Assembly (NCBI GenBank): GCA_051747805.1
Contig: JBNJGP010000006.1
Span: forward strand, 1 to 50,802
DNA from: Candidatus Muiribacteriota bacterium
GTDB lineage: Bacteria; Muiribacteriota; Muiribacteriia; Muiribacteriales; Muiribacteriaceae
DNA length: 50,802 bases
Direction of reading: 5' to 3'
Under the pieces are notes generated by a model that worked only from the letters and a program-made list of their open reading frames with translations, was not told the DNA's origin and did no database searches. Made by a program: the position numbers and the translations under genes. Numbering within the stretch: the stretch's first letter is position 1; every line of letters starts with the position of its first letter. Positions 18,547-28,386 of this stretch are shown here, piece by piece.

Positions 18547-19470
18547 ATGGAAATACATCCGGTATATACCAAATTGAATCAAATATGCAGTATCGAAGAC
18601 GCCTTTTTTAAACTTATCAAAGAATATTCTCCCTCTTTTTTATTTATAAATAAAAGTAAAAACAACCGACTTAAACATACAATAATTGGAAGAAACCCAT
18701 ATATTTCAATTTTTAAGAAAAAAAATATTATCAGATTACAAATTGCTAATGAGCTTTTTGAAATAAACACACAAAAAAACAGTATTTCTTCCTATATGAA
18801 GGAAATTCAAAACATTATTAAATTTCACCCCGACATAGATTTAAACAATAAAGTTCCATTTTACAGTGGGTTTTCTGGTTTTAAAAATTTTAACTGTACA
18901 TATTTTTTTATTCCCACAGAAGTTATTGTGATTAATCATATAGAAAAAGATATAACTATTATAGCCAATACTTATCATAAAGAGAAATTTGAAAGCGAAA
19001 TTTTCTTCAGAGCTAATGTTAAAATTGCAAGAATTATCAATGATATGAAAAAAGAATCTAAGATAAATAATCTTAATAAAATACTACTGCAAAAACCAGT
19101 AATAAAAAAAAACACAGGCAAGGTTATTTTAAAAAGCAAAACCGGTGATAATTTTGAAACATTATATTTTTATATAGTGCAGAATTTTAAAAAATATAAT
19201 GTTTCTGTATTCTGTTTCAATCATTATAGAATAATATCACTTGCCACCTTAGAAAAGCCTACTTCAAATTTTAAATTTAAAGATTTTAAGGACGCCGGTA
19301 CTTTTATTGATGAAAAATTTTTTTATTCAGGTTATATTAATTTTAATTTAAATTCTGATTTCTGTTTTCCGCTTCTTTTATTTTACGAAACAGAAGAAGG
19401 TATTTTTTTAGATATGAAAAATAAAAACCCTCTTATCGATGAGGAGCTTAATAAATATTTTATTTTGTAA
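18547..19470 (+). CDS. Highly diverged, shortened TrpE/PabB (component I)-like protein
   Basis: PSFLF...HTIIGRNP, VPFYSGFSGF, FFIPTEVIVINH echo the anthranilate synthase I N-terminal domain. C-terminal catalytic motifs not recognisable. 307 aa from ATG 18547. Confidence 0.5.
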   Translation: MEIHPVYTKLNQICSIEDAFFKLIKEYSPSFLFINKSKNNRLKHTIIGRNPYISIFKKKNIIRLQIANELFEINTQKNSISSYMKEIQNIIKFHPDIDLNNKVPFYSGFSGFKNFNCTYFFIPTEVIVINHIEKDITIIANTYHKEKFESEIFFRANVKIARIINDMKKESKINNLNKILLQKPVIKKNTGKVILKSKTGDNFETLYFYIVQNFKKYNVSVFCFNHYRIISLATLEKPTSNFKFKDFKDAGTFIDEKFFYSGYINFNLNSDFCFPLLLFYETEEGIFLDMKNKNPLIDEELNKYFIL

Positions 19471-19482
19471 GGATGGTTATAT

Positions 19483-20940
19483 ATGAAAAAATTAATATTT
19501 TTATCAGTTGTTTTAATATCTTGTTTTACTGTTAATTCAGCCACAGTTTATTTTGATTCAATGCACGCTCAGGACGCAGGAAATGCAGAATGGACAATTG
19601 AGGGCGGATATTCAGACCTTGTCAATTTTCTTGAAAAACACGGTTTTAATGTTATAAAAGAGCAGCGATATATCACGGATTCCCTTGAGGATATTGATAT
19701 TCTTGTTTTACCCGAACCAAACTTTCCTTATTCTACCCCCGCCATTCAAAATTTATTACATTTCGTTAAAAATGGTGGGAGTCTTTACTTAATCGGCAAT
19801 CATTCCGGGGCAGACAGAAACGGAAGCGGATTTGATTCTGTAAAGATTTTCAATGAATTTGCCTATCATTTCGGTTTTACATTTGAAAACGATAACTGGA
19901 CAGATGTTTATTTTAAAATGAACTCCCATCCAATTAATAAAAATCTTGAGCTGGTATGTGGTTTTGGCTCTTCCTCTATTAATATTAGTGATAAAACCAA
20001 TGTAAAACCTGTTTTATATACTTCTTTTGATGCCCCCTATATGGTTAGCACCGATTATGGCAAAGGGCGTGTTGTAGCAGTTGGAGATTCTTCCATATAC
20101 GATGACGGAACAAGCACGGACGGAAGTAACCTTCATAATGTATTTAATTCCTATATGTTTTCAAATCACCAATGGGCCTTAAACACATTTAATTATCTTG
20201 CACGTAAAGATTTTAAACAAGTGGAAAGAAAAATTCCTTTCAGAAATCTCCCGGAGGCAAACGGTTTCATAGTTGATTTTTACCATGCAAATTATGGAGC
20301 TGATGACTTCTATGAAGCCGCAGTTAAAGTAGAAAAAGCTGGTTTGATTCCATATTATAATAAAGAGCCTTTTTCGAAAGAACTACTTGAGGTCTCCGAA
20401 ATAATTTTAATAGTTGAGCCTGCCCGTGAATTCAGTAAAAGAGAAATAGCACTTTTAAAAAAATATCCTGATATTAAATTAATTTTTGTATCTTACTCGG
20501 ATTTTAATTCATTAAATAAATCTTATTTAAATAGTTTAATTAGCGAGTTATCTTCAACAAACATGCGTTTTGGGAATAACCAGGTATTAAACCCGGAATC
20601 TCAAATTGGTTCCGGTCCATGGACTTTTATCGCTCCGCATAAATATCCCCCGATTGTGTTTTCAACCTGTTCAATAGCAAATACTGCCGAAAACGATAAT
20701 ATCTTACTGGAGGCTGGCCAGGGAGCTCACATTCCTGATTCAAGAGATTCTGAAAAAACAATACCTCTGATTGCCTCTACTGAAGATTATAGAATAACTC
20801 TTGCGGGTTTTTCCTTTTTTACAGATTATAGTTTTCGTTCTAGTCCATATTATTCAGAAAACTATGAAAATGTTTTACATGAAACAGAAAATTTTGTAAG
20901 ATATGTTATTTCAAATATTTCAAAAGGTGGGCAAAAATGA
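19483..20940 (+). CDS. Secreted protein with tandem DUF4350/GAT-like domains
   Basis: Signal peptide. FDSMHAQDAGNAEWTIEGGYSD, LVLPEPN, GKGRVVAVGDSS. Second degenerate copy VDFYHAN...IVEPAREFS. Confidence 0.55.
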   Translation: MKKLIFLSVVLISCFTVNSATVYFDSMHAQDAGNAEWTIEGGYSDLVNFLEKHGFNVIKEQRYITDSLEDIDILVLPEPNFPYSTPAIQNLLHFVKNGGSLYLIGNHSGADRNGSGFDSVKIFNEFAYHFGFTFENDNWTDVYFKMNSHPINKNLELVCGFGSSSINISDKTNVKPVLYTSFDAPYMVSTDYGKGRVVAVGDSSIYDDGTSTDGSNLHNVFNSYMFSNHQWALNTFNYLARKDFKQVERKIPFRNLPEANGFIVDFYHANYGADDFYEAAVKVEKAGLIPYYNKEPFSKELLEVSEIILIVEPAREFSKREIALLKKYPDIKLIFVSYSDFNSLNKSYLNSLISELSSTNMRFGNNQVLNPESQIGSGPWTFIAPHKYPPIVFSTCSIANTAENDNILLEAGQGAHIPDSRDSEKTIPLIASTEDYRITLAGFSFFTDYSFRSSPYYSENYENVLHETENFVRYVISNISKGGQK

Positions 20941-21821
20941 ATAAAAAAAAGAAAAAAAACATAAAACTTTTCCTGCACGCCATGCTGTACATTCTACCTG
21001 GCGCCGCAATAGTATTAACTTTTCACTTTTTTCCAATTTTTTATTCCTTTTATTACTCTTTGTTTGAAGGGGGACTGGGACAGAAAGCTTTTGTTGGGTT
21101 GAAGAATTATATAAGTCTTTTTAACAATCCTGACTTCTGGCGCTCCTTATGGAATACAATTTATTATGTTGTGGGAACAGTTCCCGCCACAATAATTATT
21201 AGTCTATTTATCGCTTTACTTCTTAACTCAAAAATAAAAGGATTAAGTCTTTATCGAACAATTTACTTTCTTCCAGTTATAACCTCAATTAACGCAGTTG
21301 CAATTGTATGGAAATGGATTTTTCATAATCAATACGGCCTGTTGAACGCCTCTTTTCAGGCAATGGGGCTACCAACAGTTGACTGGCTGGGCGACCCTAA
21401 GTTTGCAATGTTTTCAATTATTATAATGAGTATATGGAAAGGTTTAGGATATAATATTGTTATTTTTCTAGCCGGACTTCAGGGTATTCCAAAGCATTTA
21501 TACGAATCTGCCGAAATTGACGGAGCCGGTTGGTGGGCTCAGTTCAGACATATTACCTTGCCCATGGTTTCACCAGTTACCTTTTTTGTGCTTATTATGT
21601 CAACAATTAATTCTTTTCAGGTATTTGCCCAGGTTTATATGATGACCGGAGGCGGTCCAATGAAATCAACAACTGTGCTTGTTTATCATTTATATGAGCA
21701 GGCCTTTGAAAGATTTCAGATGGGTATGGCCTCGGCAGTTACAACAATTTTATTTTTAATAATTCTTGCCATGACATTAATACAGAGAAAAGTTGCAGAG
21801 AAAAAAGTACATTATTCTTAA
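20937..21821 (+). CDS. CUT1 ABC transporter permease (UgpA/MalF-like)
   Basis: Six TM segments, EAA loop LYESAEIDGA, FQVF. Confidence 0.92.
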   Translation: MNKKKKKNIKLFLHAMLYILPGAAIVLTFHFFPIFYSFYYSLFEGGLGQKAFVGLKNYISLFNNPDFWRSLWNTIYYVVGTVPATIIISLFIALLLNSKIKGLSLYRTIYFLPVITSINAVAIVWKWIFHNQYGLLNASFQAMGLPTVDWLGDPKFAMFSIIIMSIWKGLGYNIVIFLAGLQGIPKHLYESAEIDGAGWWAQFRHITLPMVSPVTFFVLIMSTINSFQVFAQVYMMTGGGPMKSTTVLVYHLYEQAFERFQMGMASAVTTILFLIILAMTLIQRKVAEKKVHYS

Positions 21822-21857
21822 AAAGAATTTAATATATTACAGGGAGTAAAAAGAATT

Positions 21858-22703
21858 ATGATAAAAAGCAAATCTAAAAAAGAAAAAATTTATAAAATTT
21901 TTACACATTTAATTTTAATAACAGGTGCTGTGGCAATGTTATTCCCTTTTTTCTGGATGGTATCAACCTCAATGAAAACACCCTCTGAGGTTTTACAAAT
22001 GCCGCCAACTCTATTTCCTGAAAGTTTTCACTGGGAAAATTATACACATGCCTGGAAAAATCCAAACGTTTATTTTGGAAGATATTTTTTAAATACTATT
22101 TTTGTTGCCATTACAACAACTACTGGTTTACTTTTTTTCTCATCACTTGCGGCTTACGCTTTTTCGTTTTTTAAATTCAAATGGAAAAATAATATTTTTC
22201 TATTTTTACTTGCCACAATGATGGTTCCACAACAGGCACTTCTGGTTCCCGATTATATAATTCTTCATCGCATGGGACTTTTAAACACTTATGCAGCTCT
22301 GATAATACCATGGTTATGTACAGCTTTCAGTATCTTTCTGCTCAGACAATTTTTTATGTCCATTCCTAAAGAATTATATGAAGCTTCTATAATTGACGGG
22401 GCCACCCCCTTTACTTTTTATAGAAAAATTTTACTTCCATTATCGCTTCCGCCGCTTTTAACAGCTGGAATGTTTTCGTTTTTAGGAAGCTGGAACTCTT
22501 TTATATGGCCACTGATAGTAACTCAAAGTTCAGACCTAAGGGTTATTCAGGTTGGACTTGCACAGTTTATGCAGGCAGAAGGTACAAACTGGGGTCCGCT
22601 TATGGCCGCCTCTACTTTTTGTACGGCGCCACTTATAATTGCCTATTTCTTTGTTCAAAAAAGATTTATTCAGGGAATTGCTACAACCGGAATGAAAGAT
22701 TAA
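21858..22703 (+). CDS. CUT1 ABC transporter permease (UgpE/MalG-like)
   Basis: LLRQFFMSIPKELYEASIIDGA, WNSFIWPL, QKRFIQG. Confidence 0.92.
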   Translation: MIKSKSKKEKIYKIFTHLILITGAVAMLFPFFWMVSTSMKTPSEVLQMPPTLFPESFHWENYTHAWKNPNVYFGRYFLNTIFVAITTTTGLLFFSSLAAYAFSFFKFKWKNNIFLFLLATMMVPQQALLVPDYIILHRMGLLNTYAALIIPWLCTAFSIFLLRQFFMSIPKELYEASIIDGATPFTFYRKILLPLSLPPLLTAGMFSFLGSWNSFIWPLIVTQSSDLRVIQVGLAQFMQAEGTNWGPLMAASTFCTAPLIIAYFFVQKRFIQGIATTGMKD

Positions 22704-22731
22704 AAAAATATATAAATAATAAGGAGATAAT

Positions 22732-23988
22732 ATGAAAAAAGCGAAAATATTTTTTATTTTAATGATTTTAGTATCAGGTTTAATATTTCATGGGTGCACA
22801 GAAGATGAAAATTCCCATAAAACCGAAGTTGTTTTCTGGCATGCTATGGGCGGTCCTCTGGGAGATGTAATGATTGAAATGATTGATGAGTTTAATGGTC
22901 TTCACGAGGATATCCATATAAACGCCGAATTCATGGGTAATTATGGTGCATTATCCCAAAGATTAATGGCCTCTGCTCAGGTTCAGAACTCCCCAACGAT
23001 TTCTCAGGCATATGAAGCCTGGACAGATAATTTTATTCAGGCTGAATTACTCAAACCTCTTTCTAATTTTATCAAAAAAGATCAGATAGATATTGATGAT
23101 TTTTTTCCCGCAATGATTAACAGTAATACTTTTGAAGGAAAAATTTATTCTTTTCCCTTCAACAAATCAATGCAGGTAATGTATGTTAATCTTGATATAC
23201 TCGAAAAATTTGATATAAACGAAATTCCTTCTACTTATGATGAACTTATAAAAGTTTATGAAACACTCCATCAGAATGAACAGATGGGAACTGCTTTTTC
23301 AGCAAAAGATTCATGGACCCTTTTTAACATGATACTTCAGAGGGGTGGGAGACTTACTGATGAAGCTGAAACTAGAGGTTACTTTGATTCTAAAGCCAAT
23401 ATTGAAAGTTTAAAATTTATGAGGAGTATAATTGAAAACGATTATGGTTTTCTTACCCAGAACCACGATCATCAAACTGAATTTATACGTGAACAGGTTG
23501 CAATCATTATAGCTTCAAGTGTTTCTAAAGTTTTCATGGAGGACAGTATTACTTTTAACTGGGCTTCTGCTCCACTTCCTGAAGCAGAAAAAAAAGCTTC
23601 TATTCTATCCGGAACTAATATTGTAATGTTTGATAATAATCCAGATAATTGCACTCCAGAACAACAGGAAGCTGCCTGGAAATTCATAAAATGGTTTACC
23701 GCAGCCGAACAAACCGCCAGATGGAGCATAAATACCAATTACATGCCTGTAAGATATTCTGCATTAGAAACAGATTTAATGCAAAATCATCTTAAACAGG
23801 ATGATTTTCTTGAGGCAGCTCTTGTTCAACTTGACTACGCAGCTTATGAACCGAAATCATCTAACTGGTATGATGCAAGAATGGATATAGCTGATATAAT
23901 GGAAAAAGCTTTTATTGAGGAAAAATCCGCTGAAGTTTATGCAAAAGAAATGAATAAAGCAGTTAACAAAGCATTACAAGGAGATTAA
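22732..23988 (+). CDS. ABC substrate-binding lipoprotein (UgpB-like)
   Basis: Lipobox-like IFHGC, FWHAMGG, PFNKS, AAWKFIKW, NYMPVR. Confidence 0.88.
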   Translation: MKKAKIFFILMILVSGLIFHGCTEDENSHKTEVVFWHAMGGPLGDVMIEMIDEFNGLHEDIHINAEFMGNYGALSQRLMASAQVQNSPTISQAYEAWTDNFIQAELLKPLSNFIKKDQIDIDDFFPAMINSNTFEGKIYSFPFNKSMQVMYVNLDILEKFDINEIPSTYDELIKVYETLHQNEQMGTAFSAKDSWTLFNMILQRGGRLTDEAETRGYFDSKANIESLKFMRSIIENDYGFLTQNHDHQTEFIREQVAIIIASSVSKVFMEDSITFNWASAPLPEAEKKASILSGTNIVMFDNNPDNCTPEQQEAAWKFIKWFTAAEQTARWSINTNYMPVRYSALETDLMQNHLKQDDFLEAALVQLDYAAYEPKSSNWYDARMDIADIMEKAFIEEKSAEVYAKEMNKAVNKALQGD

Positions 23989-23994
23989 CATTTT

Positions 23995-24975
23995 ATGGAT
24001 AATTTTCAACAGGTTGTAAAATTTTTTCGAAGCGGAAACAGTTTTTTAATTATTCCGCATAAAAGGCCTGATGGTGATGCACTGGGTTCAGCCCTGGCAC
24101 TTCATAGAATAATAAAACTTTTAAGTAAAAAATGCTCAATATTTATTCAGGAGGCAATTCCCGAAAGTTTCAAATTTCTTTTATCAAACGAAGATTTGAT
24201 AATTGAAGATGAAAATATGGTAAAAAATTTTGATATTGTTATTACTCTCGATTCAAGTAATGTTGAGCGTTCTTTTTTAACTCCAAAAATAATACAGAAT
24301 TCTAATTTAATTATTAATATTGATCATCATATAACCAACGAATCCTATGGGGATATTAACCTTGTTCTCCCCGACTGCTCTTCTACCTGCGAAATTATAC
24401 TCAAACTATCAAAAATTGGATATCTTCCTCTTACTCCAGCTATTGCTGATTCTCTTTTAACTGGAATTTTCACAGATACTGCTTTTTTTAGAAATCAGAA
24501 CGTCACTGATTCAACTTTTGATGCGGCCGCAGAGTTAATTCGTTTTGGGGCGGATCATAATCAGCTGATTTCCAGACTTCTTCAGAACAAAACAATAGAA
24601 GAGCTTAAATTTCATGCCGAAACAATAATGCAGGCAGAATTTTCTCTTAAAAATGAGGTAGGCTGGATACTTATCCCTAAAAAATTAAGGGAAAAGTATA
24701 AACTCTCGAATTATAAACAAATCTGGGGAACCGGCGTAATAGGGTTTTTAAATAATCTTTCCCATATAAAAGCCTCTTTTTATTTTATTGAAGTTGGTCC
24801 TGAGGAAGTTGTCGTTGAGTTCAGGTCAAAAGCGCCTTATGATGTAAGTATTATTGCCAAAGAATTAGGTGGCGGAGGCCATGCACTGGCTTCTGGCTGC
24901 ACAATTTTAAAACCTTTGCAAGAGGCAAAAAAATTAGTTCTTGATTATTTTTTTAAAAACTATGAGTTAGCTTAG
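23995..24975 (+). CDS. nrnA: DHH/DHHA1 phosphoesterase (nanoRNase/pAp phosphatase)
   Basis: HKRPDGDALGS, NIDHH, TDT, GGGGHALASG. Confidence 0.9.
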   Translation: MDNFQQVVKFFRSGNSFLIIPHKRPDGDALGSALALHRIIKLLSKKCSIFIQEAIPESFKFLLSNEDLIIEDENMVKNFDIVITLDSSNVERSFLTPKIIQNSNLIINIDHHITNESYGDINLVLPDCSSTCEIILKLSKIGYLPLTPAIADSLLTGIFTDTAFFRNQNVTDSTFDAAAELIRFGADHNQLISRLLQNKTIEELKFHAETIMQAEFSLKNEVGWILIPKKLREKYKLSNYKQIWGTGVIGFLNNLSHIKASFYFIEVGPEEVVVEFRSKAPYDVSIIAKELGGGGHALASGCTILKPLQEAKKLVLDYFFKNYELA

Positions 24976-25960
24976 TCATTTTTTTTATCTGCTCAAATGA
25001 CCCTAGAACAATAAGCTTATCTTTGGGTAATATAGTAAAATCAGCCTCCGGGTTTATGGCCAACCGGCTTTCTCTGCGTATTGCAAGAACTATAACACCG
25101 CTTCTTGTTCTTATTTCAGAATCTTTTAATTTTTTCTGATCAAGAAAAGAATCTTTATTTACCTCAAGTTCTTCCATCTGCAGCTGAAAATCTTCCCCAT
25201 ACATTGCCACCTCAAGAAAATCTACAACACTTGGTCTTAATACAGATGACGCCATTCTTTTTGCTCCTATTCCTAGTATTGAGACTACTCTATTAGCACC
25301 GGCCTTTCTAAATTTATGTATTGAACTTTCCTTTTCTGCAAGGGCAACAATATAAAGTTCTCCACTGATTTGTCGCGCACTTAAAGTAATATATAAATTG
25401 CTGGCATCACTATCTGTTGCAACAAGTAAAGCCTTTGCTTTTCTTATTTTTCCTTTTTCTAGAATTATATCATCTGTGGGATCTCCTTTAACCTTTATAA
25501 TTTTTTCTTCCTGATGATGGGTAATTTCCTCATCACTCTGAGCCATTTCATCAATATGAATAATATTTTTTCCCTTTTTCACAAGTTCTTTTAATATTTC
25601 ATGTGCTGATTTTCCTGAGCCACAGATAATATAATGTCCTGACATATTTTTTAAAATTTCTTCCATTTTTTTCCTCCTCAGAAAATGTGCAAACTCTCCC
25701 TCAACAATAAACTTAGTCACCACAGTTAAGGCATATGAAGCCACTCCTAAACCAGATAGTATTAATACTATAATAAAAATTCTTCCATGCTGACTTACTG
25801 GATTTATCTCAGAAAAACCAACAGTAGAAAGAGTAATTGTAGTCATATACAATGAGTCAACTACCCCCCAGCCTTCAATCAGCATAAAGCCGCCGACACC
25901 AATTAAAACAATAAAAATAATTCCCAAAAGGGCAAATTTCAGTTTTTTAAAAGCTCCCAT
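24953..25960 (-). CDS. 2-TM potassium channel with RCK_N/RCK_C domains
   Basis: TLSTVGFSE pore signature, IICGSG, GDPTDD, C-terminal TrkA_C (VLAIRR...INP). Confidence 0.9.
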   Translation of the reverse strand: MGAFKKLKFALLGIIFIVLIGVGGFMLIEGWGVVDSLYMTTITLSTVGFSEINPVSQHGRIFIIVLILSGLGVASYALTVVTKFIVEGEFAHFLRRKKMEEILKNMSGHYIICGSGKSAHEILKELVKKGKNIIHIDEMAQSDEEITHHQEEKIIKVKGDPTDDIILEKGKIRKAKALLVATDSDASNLYITLSARQISGELYIVALAEKESSIHKFRKAGANRVVSILGIGAKRMASSVLRPSVVDFLEVAMYGEDFQLQMEELEVNKDSFLDQKKLKDSEIRTRSGVIVLAIRRESRLAINPEADFTILPKDKLIVLGSFEQIKKMTKLTHSF

Positions 25961-25989
25961 AATTAATTCCTTTCTTTAAAAATTCTTTT

Positions 25990-27852
25990 TTATCCTAAAA
26001 GCTGAAGTACATTCTGTGGGTTCTGATTAGCCTGTGCCAGCATCGAAGTTCCGCTCTGAATTAATATCTGACTTTTTGTCAGCGCGGACATTTCCTTCGC
26101 CATATCAACATCGCGAATTCTTGATTCTGAAGCCACCTGATTCTCATGAGCAATCCCCAGATAATCAACAGTTTTTTCAAGCGAATTCTGATATGCACCA
26201 AGCCTTGATCTGTGATATGATACTTCCTGAATAGCTTTTTCAACCAGAGTTATTGATGCGCTTGCATCTTTTTGTGTTCTAATACTCATATGCATTCGGA
26301 AATCAGGCGCCTCCGACCCATCCAGCAGAGGATCTTTTCCGTTATATACCGCCCCTTCAGACCTTAAATTGAGTGTAAGACCTAAATGTTCGGCAGATAA
26401 ATTCGGATAATCAATTATCATTGTCTGCCCTTCATTTGCCCCTATCTGGTAAACCTGTCTTGTATCACGTATAGAAACTTTAGCCGTAGTCAAACTCTGA
26501 TACTCATTATAAGGAAGCTCTCTTTCACCCGGTACTGCCACCCTGTAATGATTTATTATATTAGGGTCATCAGGCCAGTTATCTGTCCAGTTTCCCGCGT
26601 CCACATCTGGGGTCTGTCGCAAAGTTCCATAATCTACCTGACCATCTATATATAAATTAAATCCCTTTAAAAGATTTGAGCGTGTCAAATCAACCTGGCT
26701 TACTTCACCTTCTACTTCAGGCCACATTGGTCTTGTATTATCGGCTGGGTCAAGTGTATTAATAGGATTACTAAACTCTTTTTCGGTAAAAATCCTGCTT
26801 GAAGATGAAAAAACACCTAAACTCTGACCATACCCCCCCGGATCCATTTGTTTTCCGGGAATTGTCTTAAAAAGTTCCTGCTGAGTAATATTTGTAATTG
26901 ATATAATTGTTTCGGTGCCTGATGTAAATACACTACGGGCAAGGGAAGTTCCTGTACTGTTTACTGCGATTATAGAGGAGGATGGAGAATCTTTTATTCC
27001 ACCGGCATAAAAACCAAGTGCAAGCGCAACACCATCTGGATCATCACCGAAACTTATGTTAAACCGGGGACCTGAATGAACAGAAGTCATTGTAATATCG
27101 TTTCCTTCAGCATCAAGACCTGCCATAACTCCTGCATTGGACTTATTTATTTCATTAATCAAATCAGTTAAACTATCTTCTTCATCTACTTCAATCAGGG
27201 TAGTTTTTTCATCAACAACTAAATGAAACTCTTTTTTGCCATAAATTCCAGCATCTCTTAAAATTGGCACCGCATTAGGATCTTCTGCTTTTATATTTCT
27301 ATTTCCATGTATATTTGAGGCTGTGCCTGCCTGTAAAACAGTAACTGAATAATCAGCATTCATCACCTCACCTGTTACTGTCCCTGTCATTGCACGTCTG
27401 TTTGAAGTATTAGCCCTGCCAAGTGTATCACCATTTAAAAGTTTTTTTGTGTTAAACTCTGTGTACTCAGAAATTCTATCTACCTGATCAATTAACTGAT
27501 TAATTTCAAGCTGCAGTTTCATTCTATCCTCGTTTGTATAACTGTCAGAGGCCGACTGTACAGAAAGCACCCGCATCCGTTGTAAAATTGAATGCATTGT
27601 ATCCATCACTCCTTCTGATGTCTGTACCATAGAAATAGCATTTTGAGTATTTACACCAGCCTGATCCAAACCACCTATCTGCGCCCTCATTTTCTCAGAG
27701 ACTGCAAGCCCTGCTGCATCATCTGCTGCTTTGTTGATTCTAAGTCCTGAAGATAGTCTTTCAAAATTCTGATTTAATCCCTGATTAGTAATTCTCAGCC
27801 TTCTTAACGAATTAAGAGCTGGAACATTACTATTAATAATTCCAAAGTTCAT
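25990..27852 (-). CDS. fliC: Flagellin (620 aa)
   Basis: RLSSGLRINKAADDAAGLAVSEKMR. RSRLGAYQN...SRIRDVDMAKEM...LAQANQ. Confidence 0.97.
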   Translation of the reverse strand: MNFGIINSNVPALNSLRRLRITNQGLNQNFERLSSGLRINKAADDAAGLAVSEKMRAQIGGLDQAGVNTQNAISMVQTSEGVMDTMHSILQRMRVLSVQSASDSYTNEDRMKLQLEINQLIDQVDRISEYTEFNTKKLLNGDTLGRANTSNRRAMTGTVTGEVMNADYSVTVLQAGTASNIHGNRNIKAEDPNAVPILRDAGIYGKKEFHLVVDEKTTLIEVDEEDSLTDLINEINKSNAGVMAGLDAEGNDITMTSVHSGPRFNISFGDDPDGVALALGFYAGGIKDSPSSSIIAVNSTGTSLARSVFTSGTETIISITNITQQELFKTIPGKQMDPGGYGQSLGVFSSSSRIFTEKEFSNPINTLDPADNTRPMWPEVEGEVSQVDLTRSNLLKGFNLYIDGQVDYGTLRQTPDVDAGNWTDNWPDDPNIINHYRVAVPGERELPYNEYQSLTTAKVSIRDTRQVYQIGANEGQTMIIDYPNLSAEHLGLTLNLRSEGAVYNGKDPLLDGSEAPDFRMHMSIRTQKDASASITLVEKAIQEVSYHRSRLGAYQNSLEKTVDYLGIAHENQVASESRIRDVDMAKEMSALTKSQILIQSGTSMLAQANQNPQNVLQLLG

Positions 27853-27855
27853 TAT

Positions 27856-27899
27856 TCCTCCTCCGTGAGAAACGTTGTCTTCCTGTATTCTACTTCCCT
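27856..27899 (-). promoter_or_regulatory. Putative CsrA sites in flagellin leader
   Basis: AGGGA, CAGGA and CTC-ACGGAG-GAG (loop overlapping SD). Confidence 0.55.
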
Positions 27900-27912
27900 G
27901 TTTTTTGTTTAA

Positions 27913-28257
27913 CTATAAGTAAGTTCTTACAAGATTTTCTACATAGGTTTCTTCAAGTTTTCCTTCTTTTAATTTTTTAAAAATTGATTTTGTAATATAT
28001 TTAATATTACAGTCCCGACTTTTCTGCTGAATAAAGAATTTTTTTACCCCTTCCAAGGTTAACTTTTCTTCTGCGATTAAATATTTGACTTTTTTGATTT
28101 TCAGATAATCATCATAGGTAAATCTTCTCTGACCACCTGAGGTTTTTTTACACGTTAGAATTTCTGGAAACTGTTTCATCCAGAATCGAATTTTAGATGC
28201 ATTAATTCCAAGTAATTTAGATAAATCACCAATAGTATAAAGGATTTCCCTATCCAT
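27913..28257 (-). CDS. MerR-family HTH regulator without effector domain
   Basis: YTIGDLSKLLGINASKIRFW, TSGGQRRFT, LTLEGVK. SD inside AACAC-ATGGAG-GTGTT hairpin. Confidence 0.88.
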   Translation of the reverse strand: MDREILYTIGDLSKLLGINASKIRFWMKQFPEILTCKKTSGGQRRFTYDDYLKIKKVKYLIAEEKLTLEGVKKFFIQQKSRDCNIKYITKSIFKKLKEGKLEETYVENLVRTYL

Positions 28258-28287
28258 TTAATAACACCTCCATGTGTTGTTACTTTC

Positions 28288-28320
28288 TTTTCGGTAAAGT
28301 TTAATTTTGACTTTAACTTT
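28288..28320 (-). promoter_or_regulatory. sigma28 promoter with dyad (merR-flagellin-K channel unit)
   Basis: TAAA-N16-ACCGAAAA. AAAGTTAAA-N7-TTAAACTTT. 26/33 identical to 50539-50571. Confidence 0.7.
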
Positions 28321-28386
28321 TTTTTTAATTATGTTTATTCATATGGATTTAAAGAGTTTTAAAACCTGGAGTAAATATTTAATTTT

